A DNA stretch of 36,283 nt from Campylobacterota bacterium (GTDB taxonomy: Bacteria > Campylobacterota > Campylobacteria > Campylobacterales > SZUA-545). Made by a program: the position numbers and the translations under genes. The notes under the pieces are model-generated. The model ran no database searches. It was not told the DNA's origin and worked only from the letters and a program-made list of their open reading frames with translations. The stretch's first letter is position 1. Every line of letters starts with the position of its first letter. Positions 35,583-36,283 of the stretch are shown in pieces. Where the stretch lies: assembly GCA_003561815.1 (NCBI GenBank), contig PWVP01000132.1:1-36283 (forward strand), written 5' to 3'.

Positions 35583-36283
35583 GTGGTGCGCAGCGCGATC
35601 GCCTCTTTGGCGCTGGCAACGCTGCTGCTGGCCGAAGTGCTTGTCGGCACCGCTCCCCAAGGGGGCGAAGATCGCTTTGTGCCCGATGGGGCCGATCTGA
35701 GCGTCTCGGTCTGGAGCGAGGGGCTGAGGGTGCCGTGGTCGCTGGTGTTTCTACCCGATGGGCGTGCGCTGGTGAGCGAACGAAACGGCGCCATTCGCCT
35801 TATCGATACCGAAGGACGGCTGCAAGAGGAGCCGCTAATAAGGCTGAGTGTCCACCATGAGGGCGAAGGGGGGCTGATGGGGCTGGCGCTGCATCCGGAG
35901 TTCCCCCAAAAGCCGTGGCTCTATGCGATGCACACCCACCGCGAGGGGCGCACCCTCACCAATCGGGTGGTGCGGCTGATCGTCACAGATGATCGCGCCC
36001 GTTTGGATCGCACCATCGTCGAGGGTATCCCCGGTGCACGCTTTCACAACGGCGGACGCATCGCTTTCGGCCCTGATGGTTACCTCTATATCACCACCGG
36101 CGAGATCTTCGATCGCGCCATTGCGCAGGATGTCGAAAATCTCGGCGGCAAGATTCTGCGCGTCGATGAATCAGGCACCATACCGGCGGATAACCCCTTT
36201 GAAAACGCGGTCTATAGTCTGGGGCACCGCAACCCGCAGGGGCTGGCGTGGCACCCTGAAAGCGGCGCGCTTTTTAGCAGTGA
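35583..36283 (+). CDS. PQQ-dependent sugar dehydrogenase (soluble aldose/sorbosone dehydrogenase family), 3' end cut by window edge
   Basis: Not in the ORF track because it runs off the window. My translation gives a signal-like N-terminus VVRSAIASLALATLLLA, then PWSLVFLPDGRALVSERNG, GLMGLALHPEF, RFHNGGRIAFGPDGYLYITTGE, GGKILRV and SLGHRNPQGLAWHP. Confidence 0.8.
   Translation, partial: MVRSAIASLALATLLLAEVLVGTAPQGGEDRFVPDGADLSVSVWSEGLRVPWSLVFLPDGRALVSERNGAIRLIDTEGRLQEEPLIRLSVHHEGEGGLMGLALHPEFPQKPWLYAMHTHREGRTLTNRVVRLIVTDDRARLDRTIVEGIPGARFHNGGRIAFGPDGYLYITTGEIFDRAIAQDVENLGGKILRVDESGTIPADNPFENAVYSLGHRNPQGLAWHPESGALFSS

Noticed and set aside
1-36283. Cyanobacterial origin, suggested by the abundance of the HIP1 octamer GCGATCGC.
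   Set aside because: The gene order (ndk-yceD-rpmF-plsX-fabH, aroC-rnc-rnhA/dnaG, ksgA-rnj-rluB, argF-hemB/ribA-rsmG), the RNase J N-terminal extension and the T2SS/cts-like genes fit Campylobacterota as I recall them. No photosynthesis-related genes are present. The motif enrichment is therefore kept as a finding, not as a taxonomic call.
1-36283. Search for CRISPR arrays, IS elements with terminal inverted repeats, integrases, prophage genes or rRNA operons.
   Set aside because: None were seen. The longest non-coding stretch is 195 nt, and apart from the features listed there are no direct-repeat/spacer patterns or transposase- or integrase-like ORFs.

Overview
This is a 36.3-kb window of about 60% GC (sampled by eye), and it is very gene-dense. 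I call 45 CDS, one of which (rpmF) is too short for the ORF track, plus one tRNA-Ala(GGC). Non-coding DNA is only about 3-4%, and many neighbouring genes overlap by 1-47 nt.

Most of the content is core housekeeping:
- Phosphate uptake: pstA (5'-truncated), pstB and a PiT transporter.
- RNA and ribosome functions: ksgA-rnj-rluB-yjbQ-rarA, rlmN, rnc, rnhA, rsmG and yceD-rpmF.
- Lipid synthesis: plsX-fabH.
- Biosynthesis and metabolism: hisF, galU, pyrC, proC, metK, aroC, argF, hemB, ribA, ndk and a ferredoxin.
- Replication: dnaG.

The gene orders ndk-yceD-rpmF-plsX-fabH, aroC-rnc-rnhA/dnaG, ksgA-rnj-rluB and argF-hemB/ribA-rsmG match what I recall from Campylobacter and Helicobacter. The R/G-rich N-terminal extension on RNase J fits the same group. 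My guess is an unusually GC-rich member of the Campylobacterota; this is inference, not verified.

The non-core content is:
- an orphan four-gene type II secretion / competence-like pseudopilus module (gspG-pilin-gspF-pilin);
- an OmpR-type two-component pair translationally chained to galU-pyrC;
- a 602-aa atypical pyruvate-kinase-family protein;
- an AT-richer HEPN/MNT (HepT/MntA) toxin-antitoxin pair inserted between ribA and rsmG;
- a LapB/YciM-like TPR-zinc-ribbon protein, an outer-membrane beta-barrel protein and a 3'-truncated PQQ-dependent sugar dehydrogenase.

I found no CRISPR array, IS element, prophage or multi-gene defence island.

The most unusual signal is compositional and spans the whole window. 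GATC, CGATCG and the octamer GCGATCGC (the cyanobacterial HIP1 motif) are strongly over-represented in all reading frames and on both strands. All counts are hand tallies and all homology calls are motif recognition, not database searches.
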